Assembly (NCBI GenBank): GCA_002811645.1
Contig: PDIP01000030.1
Coordinates: forward strand, 32,514-96,513
Length of the DNA stretch: 64,000 bases
Reading direction: 5' to 3'
From: Corallochytrium limacisporum Hawaii
Taxonomy: Eukaryota; Protista; Pluriformea
The notes beneath the pieces are model-generated. The model was not told where the DNA came from, did no database searches, and saw only the letters and a list, made by a program, of their open reading frames with translations. Within the stretch, counting starts at the first letter, position 1. Every line of letters begins with the position of its first letter. Made by a program: the position numbers and the translations under genes. Of the stretch, positions 30,892 through 40,126 are shown in pieces.

Positions 30892-31641
30892 GACTGTGTG
30901 ACTGTGTTTATCGTACACACAAAATGCTTAGCAATTGGTCTGAGAACTCCTTTGTACAGAATTTATATACCTATTAATGGCCGTGTATCGTAGGTAGAGT
31001 AAAGAACAGCCTAAATCCTGGTGCAGACAAAATCCAAGCCCTTGGAAAGGTCTCTGCACAAGCAGAGCGCCTTCAAAATAATGCCCCGCTTTCTGTCATG
31101 CTACTCCGTGCGGCCCCCTATGCGACGGCCTGTTCCTGGTTGTCGTCACCCTCTGTCTCCCTCCTCTCTGAGGTGTGCACTATTTCTCAGCAGTGCGTCA
31201 GCACCACGGTCGTCCCCCCTGACAGCCCCGGATGAAGAAAATGCTCCCTCGCTTCAGATCAAGGTACTGTACCCCCGTAAACGCAGAGTTTTCCCGCTCT
31301 ACATTGTGCGTGTATTCGCTTCCAACTTTTCTTTCCCGGTTGTTGCTGCCACACGGGCGTAGGGACTCCCTGGGTGGCGCGGATGGTTTCGCAGCGCTGC
31401 ACTTGAAGGCCACACCAGACCGCAATGAGACTAATGTAGTTTTTCCGTCACGAACGCGTACTTTAGATCACAATCATTGACGCTATAACTACTGCACTAA
31501 GCTGGCATTCAAGGCATGCTTTATTTGTTCGGGTTCCTCTGTTTACTTGAAGATACACAAACCATGTTCTGATAGAGAGCGAGAGAGACAGACAGAGAGA
31601 GAAAACGACGGAAGAAATACCGTGGTACGACATCGATAATC

Positions 31642-34600
31642 ATGGATGTGGATACGACATGGTTGGAACAGGCCGTCGAGGCTCCACTCCCGGAATTGAG
31701 CAAAGTACGCGAGGTGGCCATTCTACACACAGAAGTCAGTAATTTTCTGCGGACTGTGAATGGCTTGGCGGAGAAACTAATCCGCGGCACCCGCAAGGTC
31801 GACGGTCTTACAGCAGCACTGGAGGACAAGGAGAAGCAGACTCAAGACCTTTCAGCTAAGCTGCAAGATGCGGTCAGCGAGGCAAGTACACTCCGGAGTC
31901 AAATGACTGTTAAGGCTGGCGAAACGCAGTCGCAGGTGGAGAAAATTTTCGGACGCAACCGGGAGCTTAGGAATGAAATGCACCAGTTAGAGAAAGCCCA
32001 CTTTGAGATGCGCATGCAGCATGATAAGGAACTCCAAGAACTGTCAAGGAAAGCGGCATCTGTGGATGCCATGGATGAGGATCGCAAGACTCTGCAGCAA
32101 CAGATTGAATGGCTGAATGATCAGATCAAGGAAGTAATCAAGCAGAGTAAGAGCACTCGGGAGGAAACCCAACAATATAACCGAGAACTTCAAAGTGAAC
32201 GAAAAGCCCTGAAAGATCGTATTGCGGAACGCGAGGAGAGTATCAAAAGTTTGCAGAAACGCTGTCAGCGAGCAGAAGAACAAGTGAAGGAGTATGAAAG
32301 TAAACTCGAGTCTGCGCAGACAGAACAGAGCAAGGCAAAGGAAGTTTCACAGAAAAAGTTGCAGCAAACTACGAAACTGCTCAAAATGAATGAAGGGTAC
32401 GTGAAGGAAATGAAGGCCCAGTTGGCGGAACTAAATGAAACTTTCAGTACAGTACAGAAGGAAATGGAGGTGTCGATCCAGGATAAGGCCAAGGCTGAGG
32501 AGAAAGTGCACGACTTGGAAAATCAATTGGAGCAACTGCAACAGAGGCTTGTACTGCTCGAGGAGGAGGATCTCAATGTACCTCAGACGGGAACAAGTGC
32601 TGCGGGATCAACGGTGTCTGGTATCACCCCTCGCCAGCGCCTATCGCAGCTCATGCGCCAGAACCAGGCGCTAAAGGAGCAAATTGAGCTTCTGGACGCG
32701 GAAAATGGACAGTACAAACAGTATCTGAAGCAGGTGTATGAGGAGTTGGAGCGCGGTGCTGAGAAACGTCGATTAGACAAAAATCATTTGCTTCACCTTG
32801 AAGTCGAGACCGACAAACTTAAGGCCCAGGTCGAGCAGCTGCGTCGTGATGTAACCATCCGCGACGACGAGGCTGCCCGCAACGAGCAATTGATTGGTCA
32901 ACTGACGCGGGAGAAACAAATTTTGCAGCGTGTCACTGATGACCTTTCATCACAGATTCAGACACTGCTTCAGGAGGCCGCTGGGCACGAAGCTGAGCCA
33001 GTTGAGTCAGGCAGCCTACTGACAGCGGATGATGTGATCAACACGCGGCTGGTTCCCTTCCGAACCATCCAGGAACTGCAGGAACGCAATGTTCAGCTTC
33101 TGACAGTGATTGAGAGCGAAAATCTGCGGGAAAACGAGGATCAGGCGGAAAAGTTTCAGGCGGAGATCAAGAAGTACAAACAGGAGCTTGTCAAAACCCA
33201 TCGTGAAGTGGAAGAGATCAAGATGGCTCGCGAAGCAGAGCACAAAGAAGTGCTTATGCTGCGCAAGCGCTACGCAGAGGTACAGAAGAGCCTGACTGAA
33301 GTCGGAGCCACCGGTGACAAGGGACGTGCAGTATCTGCTCCCACCGTATCCGATGATTACGTAGACATTGACGCAGAAAATGCTCGCATTGAATTGGAGC
33401 AGAAGGTGGCAGCTCTTGACCAGGAAATTGAAGGCTACGTCAATCGCCTAGCGGACAAGGAGTCCCAGATCGAGAGCGTAAGGAGCCTGGTGTCAGAAAA
33501 GGACAAGCAAGTTGCTTTGCTGCAGGAACAGATCGATAGGGCGGAAACGATCAAGAACGCTGCGAACAGCAAGGTAAATGATCTTAGTATTGACAACGCC
33601 TCACTGCGGCAGCGCATTGTCGGATATGAAGACGAAGTCACGGCCATGCGGGACAGCAAGTCCGAGTTGGAGCGCACCATGAAAGGCCTTGAATTTGACA
33701 ACTCCCGGCTACAACAGGCCGATAGCAACCGCCAGGCCATGGAGGATCAGTTCCGCCGCGAAATTGAGTCGCTACGGCAGGAGAATGAACGCCAGCATCA
33801 GATTGCAGAGAGCATGCAGTCGATGGTCAGGCAACTGGAGGACCTACAGCGTCAGCATAGCGCTCAGAAAGTCGAAGAGGTCGACGGTCTCCAGCTTGAA
33901 CGGACACGGCTGCAGAATCGTGTGAAGCAGCTCGAGGAGGTTCAGCAAAAGCTGTTCAGGGCCCAACAGGAGCAATTCGAACTGCGAGAGGAGCTGGCCG
34001 GTGCCCGTCTGGACTCGGATCGTCTGCGTGGTCTGCTGAATACTGAGCAGACCTCAATGGTGTCGCTCCGGTCGCAACTCGCAAGTGCCCGCGAAGAGCT
34101 CGAGTTGAAGGAAACTGAGCTAACTAAAGCACGGTCACAGATTACTGCCCTTCGGGCGGCCTCAGATGCCACCGCGGACGTGGAAATGAAGCGTTTGAAA
34201 GACGAGAACCGTGAGCTAATCTCAACCAAAGAGGACCTCGAACAAAAGGCCTCGGAGATGGAAGCAGCTGCTAGCGCAGTTAATGCAGAATTAGCGACGC
34301 TCAAGGCCAAGGTCGACGCATTGGAATCCGCCAAAGTGGTGGCCGAGAAGATGGACGCGAAACATAGCGAAGAAGTAACATCGCTGAAGGACTCCATCCG
34401 CAAGATCAACGAAGATCACGAAGCCAAGGTCGAGAGTCTCAAGTCTCAGTTCAAGGACATTGACGGTATCCGTCGATCTGCAGAACAGGCCCAGAACCAG
34501 CTCTCAAAGGAACGCGACGAGGCCAATGCCGAATTTCAGCAGACAAAGGAGCAGTTATCTGCTCTGAAGGACCGCCACGCCCAGCTCGAAGCTGAACACA

Positions 34601-37002
34601 CTGCCTACGCTGCTCGCGTAAAAGACTTCGACTCAAAGGAGAACACCGTCCGTGCGGAGCTTGAGAAGGTTAAAACTCAGTATTCTGCAGACCAATCTCT
34701 ATGGCAGTCGGAGCGTGAAAAGCTCACGCGTGAAATTCAAGAACTTCAGCAGAGAGAGAAGGAAGCAGCCGAGGTCGCAGAGAAGACTCCCTCGGACGAA
34801 TCTCAACAGGACGTACCGCAATACGTACAATTCCTACGCGAGGAGAGTGAACAAGTAAAGGTACAGCTCCTTGACACCGTGACGGAACTCAGCCGCAACC
34901 AGGAACGAGTAACCGAGCTGGAAGCAGAATTGGCACAGGCCAGGGAGGCATTGTCCTCGTCATCTGCCGCGGCCGATAGTGCCAACACCGCAGCTGATAT
35001 CGAGAGTCTGCAGGCGTCTCTGCGTCTGAAGGTTAATCAATTGAATTTACTGCGGCAGGAAGCGTCGGCGTCGAAGCAAGCGTTGGAGGAGGCCCGTACA
35101 GAAACCAGTCAACTGTCACAGCAGCTTCATGCCGCATCAGATGCACGCGCTGCAGCCACTTCCGCCCGTGAGCAGGAACTGGAGAAGACGATCACGTCGC
35201 TGACGGCAGAAAAGCAGGCACTAACTGACGAGGCGAACGAATGGCGTGCCAAGGCCCAAGCAAAAGTCGATGCTCAGGGACCTTCCAAAGAAGAGCATGA
35301 AAAGGTTGCTTCTGAGTTGGTGGCATCTAAAGAAAAGTATGAGAAAATGAAGAAGGCTGCGGCTCATTGGAAGACATCTCATGATAAGGAAAAGTCTGAG
35401 CACCAGTCTACCAAAGAAAAGGTCAATACGGAAGAGTCTGCAAAGCAGGCGCTCGAACAGCAGTTGGAGTCTTTGCGCTCTGAAGTAAACGAGGCCAAGG
35501 AGAAGCACAGCGAAACCGTAGCGAGATTAGAAACGGAGCTAAAGAAGGCATCCACAGAATCGGCCGCCGGTGAGCCTGGTCAGGACAAATCGGCAGCAAA
35601 GGTCAAGGAGCTTGAGGAAACACTGGCAGCCAAGGACAAGGAAATCGCAAGTCAGAAGGCTAACTTGGAGAAGGCTAAGGAACAGATAAAGAATTTTGCG
35701 ATGAAGCTGAAGTCCTCCAAGGCAGGTGCCGCTGGAGGTGATACCAAAACACCAACAGGCAAAGGCAAGACAGTCATGACAGCTGGGGCATCAGCCGCGG
35801 CCAAGACCTCAGCCCCTGGTGCCCCCGCCAGCGCCGACGGAAAGAAAGCACTGAACCCAGCGGCATCGGCCTTCACGCCGACAGCGACTGGGGTAGGCAC
35901 GAAGCGCACATCCGCAGAAAGCTCGACCGGGTCTTCTCCTGTTGCGAAGACTGCTGCGGAAAGTGTGACTAAGCGCCCCCGAACCGAGACAGAGCCTTCA
36001 GCAGCGGCCCCTGCGGCCCCTGCCGTGCCCACGTCCTTAACACCCGCTGTTCCTCCAGCCGCTCCAGCTCCTGCGCCGGTAGCAACTACAGCCCCAGCGG
36101 CGGCCGCTGCCGCTGCAGCGGACGTCACCGTACCAGACACTCCAGGAACGCCCTCCAATGATGGCGCAGGTGCCAACGTCCCATCCGCACCAGAGGGAGT
36201 TACAGGCACTGGTAGTAATGTTTCAGCCGGCACAACACAGCAGTCGACATCGCTCTTCTTCGGGTCTGCGACCGCACAAAACGTGGCGCCGCCTACCTCG
36301 TCGACGTCCGAAAAGCAGCCACCGGCCAGCGTTCCCGGGGGGACCGACGAAGTTAAAGACACCACCGCATCAGCGAAAGATGCGCCTAAGACCCGCACCG
36401 ACACAGTGGGTGCCACCGTTCCAGACAAGGCCCCCCCTGCTTCTGCAGTGCCCGCCAATCCATCGCCGTTTGCGTTCGGTAGCAGCACTAGAAGTGGCGG
36501 CGGCTTCGGCAGTGCTAGTGGCCTTGCGAAGACGACCTTCAGTGCATTCGGAGCTCCGGCAGCGACTACTATAGGCGGTGGTACTGGCGCGCCAGGGACC
36601 GCTGCATCCACCACGTCTCCAGCGCCTCCGTTCTCATTCGGTAAGGCTTCGACAGGTCTCGCAGCGCCGGCATTTGGAGCCGGAGCCGCCTTTGGTGGCA
36701 CGCCAACGTTCGGTTCCAGTCCGGTTGCGTCTGCATTCGCCACGGACAAAGATCAAGGAGCGTCTTCATCGTCGGGTGGGTTCACGTTCGGTTTTGCCAA
36801 AAAGGATCCGGCCGTGGCTGTTGTAGGAGATGATGATGATGACCACGATGATGACGATGATGACGATGACGAGGACAATGACGACGAGGATGTTGGTCCG
36901 AACCCAGATACTACCGAAGAGGCCCTCGCTGAAGCCCGCCAGCGCCGTCGCCCGCAGAAAGGCGCTGGGGCCAGCGGGAAGAAGGGATCGAAGCGGAAAT
37001 GA
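31642..37002 (+). CDS. TPR: Nuclear basket protein TPR/Mlp1-like, 1786 aa, with FG-repeat, acidic and basic tail
   Basis: ~1,350 aa coiled coil containing TPR/Mlp signatures DLSSQIQTLL and DDVINTRLVPFRTIQELQERNVQLLTVI; low-complexity tail ending in an NLS-like basic cluster. Confidence 0.85.
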   Translation: MDVDTTWLEQAVEAPLPELSKVREVAILHTEVSNFLRTVNGLAEKLIRGTRKVDGLTAALEDKEKQTQDLSAKLQDAVSEASTLRSQMTVKAGETQSQVEKIFGRNRELRNEMHQLEKAHFEMRMQHDKELQELSRKAASVDAMDEDRKTLQQQIEWLNDQIKEVIKQSKSTREETQQYNRELQSERKALKDRIAEREESIKSLQKRCQRAEEQVKEYESKLESAQTEQSKAKEVSQKKLQQTTKLLKMNEGYVKEMKAQLAELNETFSTVQKEMEVSIQDKAKAEEKVHDLENQLEQLQQRLVLLEEEDLNVPQTGTSAAGSTVSGITPRQRLSQLMRQNQALKEQIELLDAENGQYKQYLKQVYEELERGAEKRRLDKNHLLHLEVETDKLKAQVEQLRRDVTIRDDEAARNEQLIGQLTREKQILQRVTDDLSSQIQTLLQEAAGHEAEPVESGSLLTADDVINTRLVPFRTIQELQERNVQLLTVIESENLRENEDQAEKFQAEIKKYKQELVKTHREVEEIKMAREAEHKEVLMLRKRYAEVQKSLTEVGATGDKGRAVSAPTVSDDYVDIDAENARIELEQKVAALDQEIEGYVNRLADKESQIESVRSLVSEKDKQVALLQEQIDRAETIKNAANSKVNDLSIDNASLRQRIVGYEDEVTAMRDSKSELERTMKGLEFDNSRLQQADSNRQAMEDQFRREIESLRQENERQHQIAESMQSMVRQLEDLQRQHSAQKVEEVDGLQLERTRLQNRVKQLEEVQQKLFRAQQEQFELREELAGARLDSDRLRGLLNTEQTSMVSLRSQLASAREELELKETELTKARSQITALRAASDATADVEMKRLKDENRELISTKEDLEQKASEMEAAASAVNAELATLKAKVDALESAKVVAEKMDAKHSEEVTSLKDSIRKINEDHEAKVESLKSQFKDIDGIRRSAEQAQNQLSKERDEANAEFQQTKEQLSALKDRHAQLEAEHTAYAARVKDFDSKENTVRAELEKVKTQYSADQSLWQSEREKLTREIQELQQREKEAAEVAEKTPSDESQQDVPQYVQFLREESEQVKVQLLDTVTELSRNQERVTELEAELAQAREALSSSSAAADSANTAADIESLQASLRLKVNQLNLLRQEASASKQALEEARTETSQLSQQLHAASDARAAATSAREQELEKTITSLTAEKQALTDEANEWRAKAQAKVDAQGPSKEEHEKVASELVASKEKYEKMKKAAAHWKTSHDKEKSEHQSTKEKVNTEESAKQALEQQLESLRSEVNEAKEKHSETVARLETELKKASTESAAGEPGQDKSAAKVKELEETLAAKDKEIASQKANLEKAKEQIKNFAMKLKSSKAGAAGGDTKTPTGKGKTVMTAGASAAAKTSAPGAPASADGKKALNPAASAFTPTATGVGTKRTSAESSTGSSPVAKTAAESVTKRPRTETEPSAAAPAAPAVPTSLTPAVPPAAPAPAPVATTAPAAAAAAAADVTVPDTPGTPSNDGAGANVPSAPEGVTGTGSNVSAGTTQQSTSLFFGSATAQNVAPPTSSTSEKQPPASVPGGTDEVKDTTASAKDAPKTRTDTVGATVPDKAPPASAVPANPSPFAFGSSTRSGGGFGSASGLAKTTFSAFGAPAATTIGGGTGAPGTAASTTSPAPPFSFGKASTGLAAPAFGAGAAFGGTPTFGSSPVASAFATDKDQGASSSSGGFTFGFAKKDPAVAVVGDDDDDHDDDDDDDDEDNDDEDVGPNPDTTEEALAEARQRRRPQKGAGASGKKGSKRK
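36829..36891 (+). repeat. GAT/GAC triplet repeat encoding a poly-Asp tract in the TPR tail
   Basis: DDDDDHDDDDDDDDEDNDDED. Confidence 0.9.
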
Positions 37003-37118
37003 TGCGCTGTGTCGGCACAACCACCACCGTTTGCGACAATAAAGATGCACTAAGTACAACCCTTGTGATTTTACTACTAGTCAACTATGTAATGACGATC
37101 GAGACGAAATCTAACATC

Positions 37119-39968
37119 CTACGCACCTCCGGGTACGAATTGGTGCGCCCATTCCGGGTCCTTCAGCAGACGACCGACGTATGAATCATTGGTTAGGTCA
37201 TGCTTGGACCAAAGTTGCATAATACTTTCCCGAGCTGCATCCGCCGACATGGTTGTCTCATCGAGGGCACTTACGGCCTTGAAAAAGGCACGAATCTTCT
37301 TCTTGCTCTGAATCCGTCGTTGCTGGTCTTCGTGCGGAGCAGAGGTCGGCGATGAGCCATCATCCCGTTTGCGCTTCTTGGAATCCGATGTTACTTCTGT
37401 GTCATCTGCATCGTTGCCAGCAGCAGCGCTTCGATGCATTGCAACATCCTCGTAGTCCTCAAGCTCGTCCGCCTTGCGTTGTGCGGCTTCCACAACCTCC
37501 GGAGGGAATGCAGCCAGTTTGGCAACCTGAATACCGAAGGACTCATCGCTCGGACCGGGCTTGACTTTGTAGAGCAACGTCAGCTGCCCATCGCTAACGT
37601 GCGCCGTGACATGCCGATTTTTGACGATGGGTACCGACTGATTCAGGCCGGTGAGTTCATGGAAGTGCGTAGCGAAGAGTGACAGGGCTTTGACTTCTGT
37701 GGCCAAGTGCTCCGCAATTGCCCACGCCAGACCAAAACCGTCGTATGTGCTGGTACCACGGCCGAGCTCGTCTATGATAATCAATGACCGGTCAGTGGCA
37801 CTGCGCAATATGGTGGCACTCTCCAGCATTTCTGCCATGAAAGTGGAAATGCCCCGCAGCTGAGAGTCACCGGCACCAACGCGGCAGAGTATGCAATCAA
37901 CAAGGGAGATCTCGGCCTTCTCGCATGGTACAAAGCAACCAATCTGTGCCATCACACAGATCAGACCGGCCATACGGATGTAAGTGGATTTGCCGCCCAT
38001 GTTCGGACCGGTGATGATAATCATTTCGGTGTCATCTTCGTGCATGACCAGGTCATTGGCAATGTAGTTAATATCTGGCTGTACTTCGAGGCACGGGTGC
38101 CTGGCTCCTTGAAGCTTCAGAATTTTCTTGTGCTCTGCACCATGGACGACGGGACGTACGTAGCCGGAAGGACTGCGGTGAGTAGTTTCCGCAAAACTAA
38201 AGATTACATCCAAGGTCGCCAGAAGATCGTTGAGCTGCAGCATGGGGTCAAAGTAGCCCATGGTCACGGCAATAACTTCGTTGGCAATACCGGACTGAAT
38301 CTTGTTATAACTGGCAGTGAGCCCTTCATATTCTTCATTGAGCTGCTTGAGTCCGGCTGTGGTAAACTTGACACCGTCCTTCAGAGTTTGGAGTACGTGG
38401 TACTGTTTTTTGCCACGGATGGCAGATTCGTCCTTTCGCGTGATACGGAAGAAGTGGCCAAACATGTCATTGGTCTCAAACTTGAGGGTCTTACCAGCTT
38501 CAAGTCTGAGATCCCTGGCGGTTTTGCGGTGGACTTCGTTCATTTCGTCCTTGACATTGTCCTTGCGATTTTGGAGATCTGCCAGGCGTTCATCATAGCT
38601 AGCCTTGATTACAAATTCACCGTGACTGGCCTCATCTAAGTCAATGGTGGTCTCAATCAACTCCTGATACTTCGCAAAGTCTTCAACCAGGACCTTCAGG
38701 GGCTGAACGTACAGTGCATGCACCAGTCCACTCCAAGCGCTGTCGTGCTCCTCTAGAATCTGTGCAAAATCACCAAGGCGACGAATGGCCTGGTAGATCC
38801 GTACACAGTCTTGCAGACTTCCCTTTTTGCGCTTGAACTTCTTAGCAACCTGGCTCAGATCAGGCATGCGCTTCAAGAACTCGTCTTGCAACACCTGCCG
38901 ACTTTCTATATCCTGCAGAAATGCCTCCACCAGATTTAAACGTTCCTCAATGCGAGTAGCATCCATAAGAGGCTGGCTAATCCACTGCTGCAACCTTCTG
39001 TTGCCCATTGGCGTCCGTGTGTGGTTCAAGAGATTGTACAGAGTGGTTTGCTTGTTAACACCGCGCTGACCGCCAGTTGGAGCCAAATGCAGGGCCTTCA
39101 CTGCGGATGTATCGAGGCGCATGTACTGCTTCAGGTTCACATTCTGAATGTTGTACTGGCCAAAGTTTGAGCTATCTCCTAAGAGAGCCAAGAATGCCAA
39201 CATACCGGCCGTAGCTGCGGATGCGTGTGGCATGCTACTCATCCTTGTGATTTCACCTGCTGCTTCCTTCTTGACTAGCCTCTGCAGGTCATGTTCAACG
39301 TCTCGGGTCATAAACTCTGCGCGGTTCCGTTCCGTGCACATTGCACCGCAGCGCTCGATTACCTGCTTGGCGACTGCAATTTGTTGAGCATCATCAACGC
39401 ATAGAATGACTTCCTTGACACTCATCTGGATCAAAAGACTCTCTAAGTTTGCAAACAATTCAGAGTCGCTGAATTCGCTAATCTTTAGCGTGTAGTCGGT
39501 CGAGTCAACAATGCAGATGCCAACATTAGTTTGTTTGCTGGATGTTGTGAGCTTTAGACTGCACACCACTGGAGCACTACTGATGTTACTATGCGCAAAG
39601 AGGATGTCCTCCATATCTGTAACATTACCAGGACTAGCAGACATTGCCACGCGCCAAGATCCATTTTCATACGAAAACACCTCCACCCGCCGACATCGCA
39701 CGAGCAACAGTTCCCGGCAAGCGGACTCGAAGAGGGCGCGATTCAATTGCACATACTCCAATGTCTGCCGACCAGACCCATCCGTCATAGTCTTGACTGC
39801 ATGGGCTGTCTTTAAAAACTCGCGGGAAACAAATCCAGCGTCGTCCCCATGAGCTGTATACAAGTCACCGCGATCAAAGAATTGAACCGTTGCGGGTAAT
39901 TTCCCGCGGTTTAGTTTCGTGAATGCAGTAATGTACCGCTCTACTTGGGGCTCGTCTGACGGTGCCAT
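37119..39968 (-). CDS. MSH2: DNA mismatch repair protein MSH2 (start could be 40022)
   Basis: FFDRGDLYTAHGDDA, ASPGN, RHPCLE, ITGPNMGGKSTYIR, RVGAGDSQLRGISTFMAEMLES, IIDELGRGTSTYDGFGLAWAI, FATHFHELT. Confidence 0.98.
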   Translation of the reverse strand: MAPSDEPQVERYITAFTKLNRGKLPATVQFFDRGDLYTAHGDDAGFVSREFLKTAHAVKTMTDGSGRQTLEYVQLNRALFESACRELLLVRCRRVEVFSYENGSWRVAMSASPGNVTDMEDILFAHSNISSAPVVCSLKLTTSSKQTNVGICIVDSTDYTLKISEFSDSELFANLESLLIQMSVKEVILCVDDAQQIAVAKQVIERCGAMCTERNRAEFMTRDVEHDLQRLVKKEAAGEITRMSSMPHASAATAGMLAFLALLGDSSNFGQYNIQNVNLKQYMRLDTSAVKALHLAPTGGQRGVNKQTTLYNLLNHTRTPMGNRRLQQWISQPLMDATRIEERLNLVEAFLQDIESRQVLQDEFLKRMPDLSQVAKKFKRKKGSLQDCVRIYQAIRRLGDFAQILEEHDSAWSGLVHALYVQPLKVLVEDFAKYQELIETTIDLDEASHGEFVIKASYDERLADLQNRKDNVKDEMNEVHRKTARDLRLEAGKTLKFETNDMFGHFFRITRKDESAIRGKKQYHVLQTLKDGVKFTTAGLKQLNEEYEGLTASYNKIQSGIANEVIAVTMGYFDPMLQLNDLLATLDVIFSFAETTHRSPSGYVRPVVHGAEHKKILKLQGARHPCLEVQPDINYIANDLVMHEDDTEMIIITGPNMGGKSTYIRMAGLICVMAQIGCFVPCEKAEISLVDCILCRVGAGDSQLRGISTFMAEMLESATILRSATDRSLIIIDELGRGTSTYDGFGLAWAIAEHLATEVKALSLFATHFHELTGLNQSVPIVKNRHVTAHVSDGQLTLLYKVKPGPSDESFGIQVAKLAAFPPEVVEAAQRKADELEDYEDVAMHRSAAAGNDADDTEVTSDSKKRKRDDGSSPTSAPHEDQQRRIQSKKKIRAFFKAVSALDETTMSADAARESIMQLWSKHDLTNDSYVGRLLKDPEWAHQFVPGGA

Positions 39969-40112
39969 GTTTTCTGTTTGTAACCAATACCCTTGTACGA
40001 TTCCTGTGTGGTTTAGTTTCATATTGTAATGTAGAATGTAAATAGCCCAGTATGACCCAGTCTACTTAGGCCGGAAAGTGAGACCCATACTCCTTTCTCG
40101 AAAGCACTCCTC

Positions 40113-40126
40113 TTTGCGCGCGAAAA
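40113..40126 (-). promoter_or_regulatory. E2F-type site TTTTCGCGCGCAAA ~145 nt upstream of MSH2
   Basis: Contains the consensus TTTCGCGC in a near-palindromic context; MSH2 is an E2F-type target in animals. Confidence 0.55.

Noticed and set aside
35652-36749. 365-aa antisense ORF inside TPR (similar ones lie opposite PSMA2, DEPDC5, M20 and LtrA)
   Set aside because: Shadow ORFs of real genes with biased codon usage; no independent motifs.
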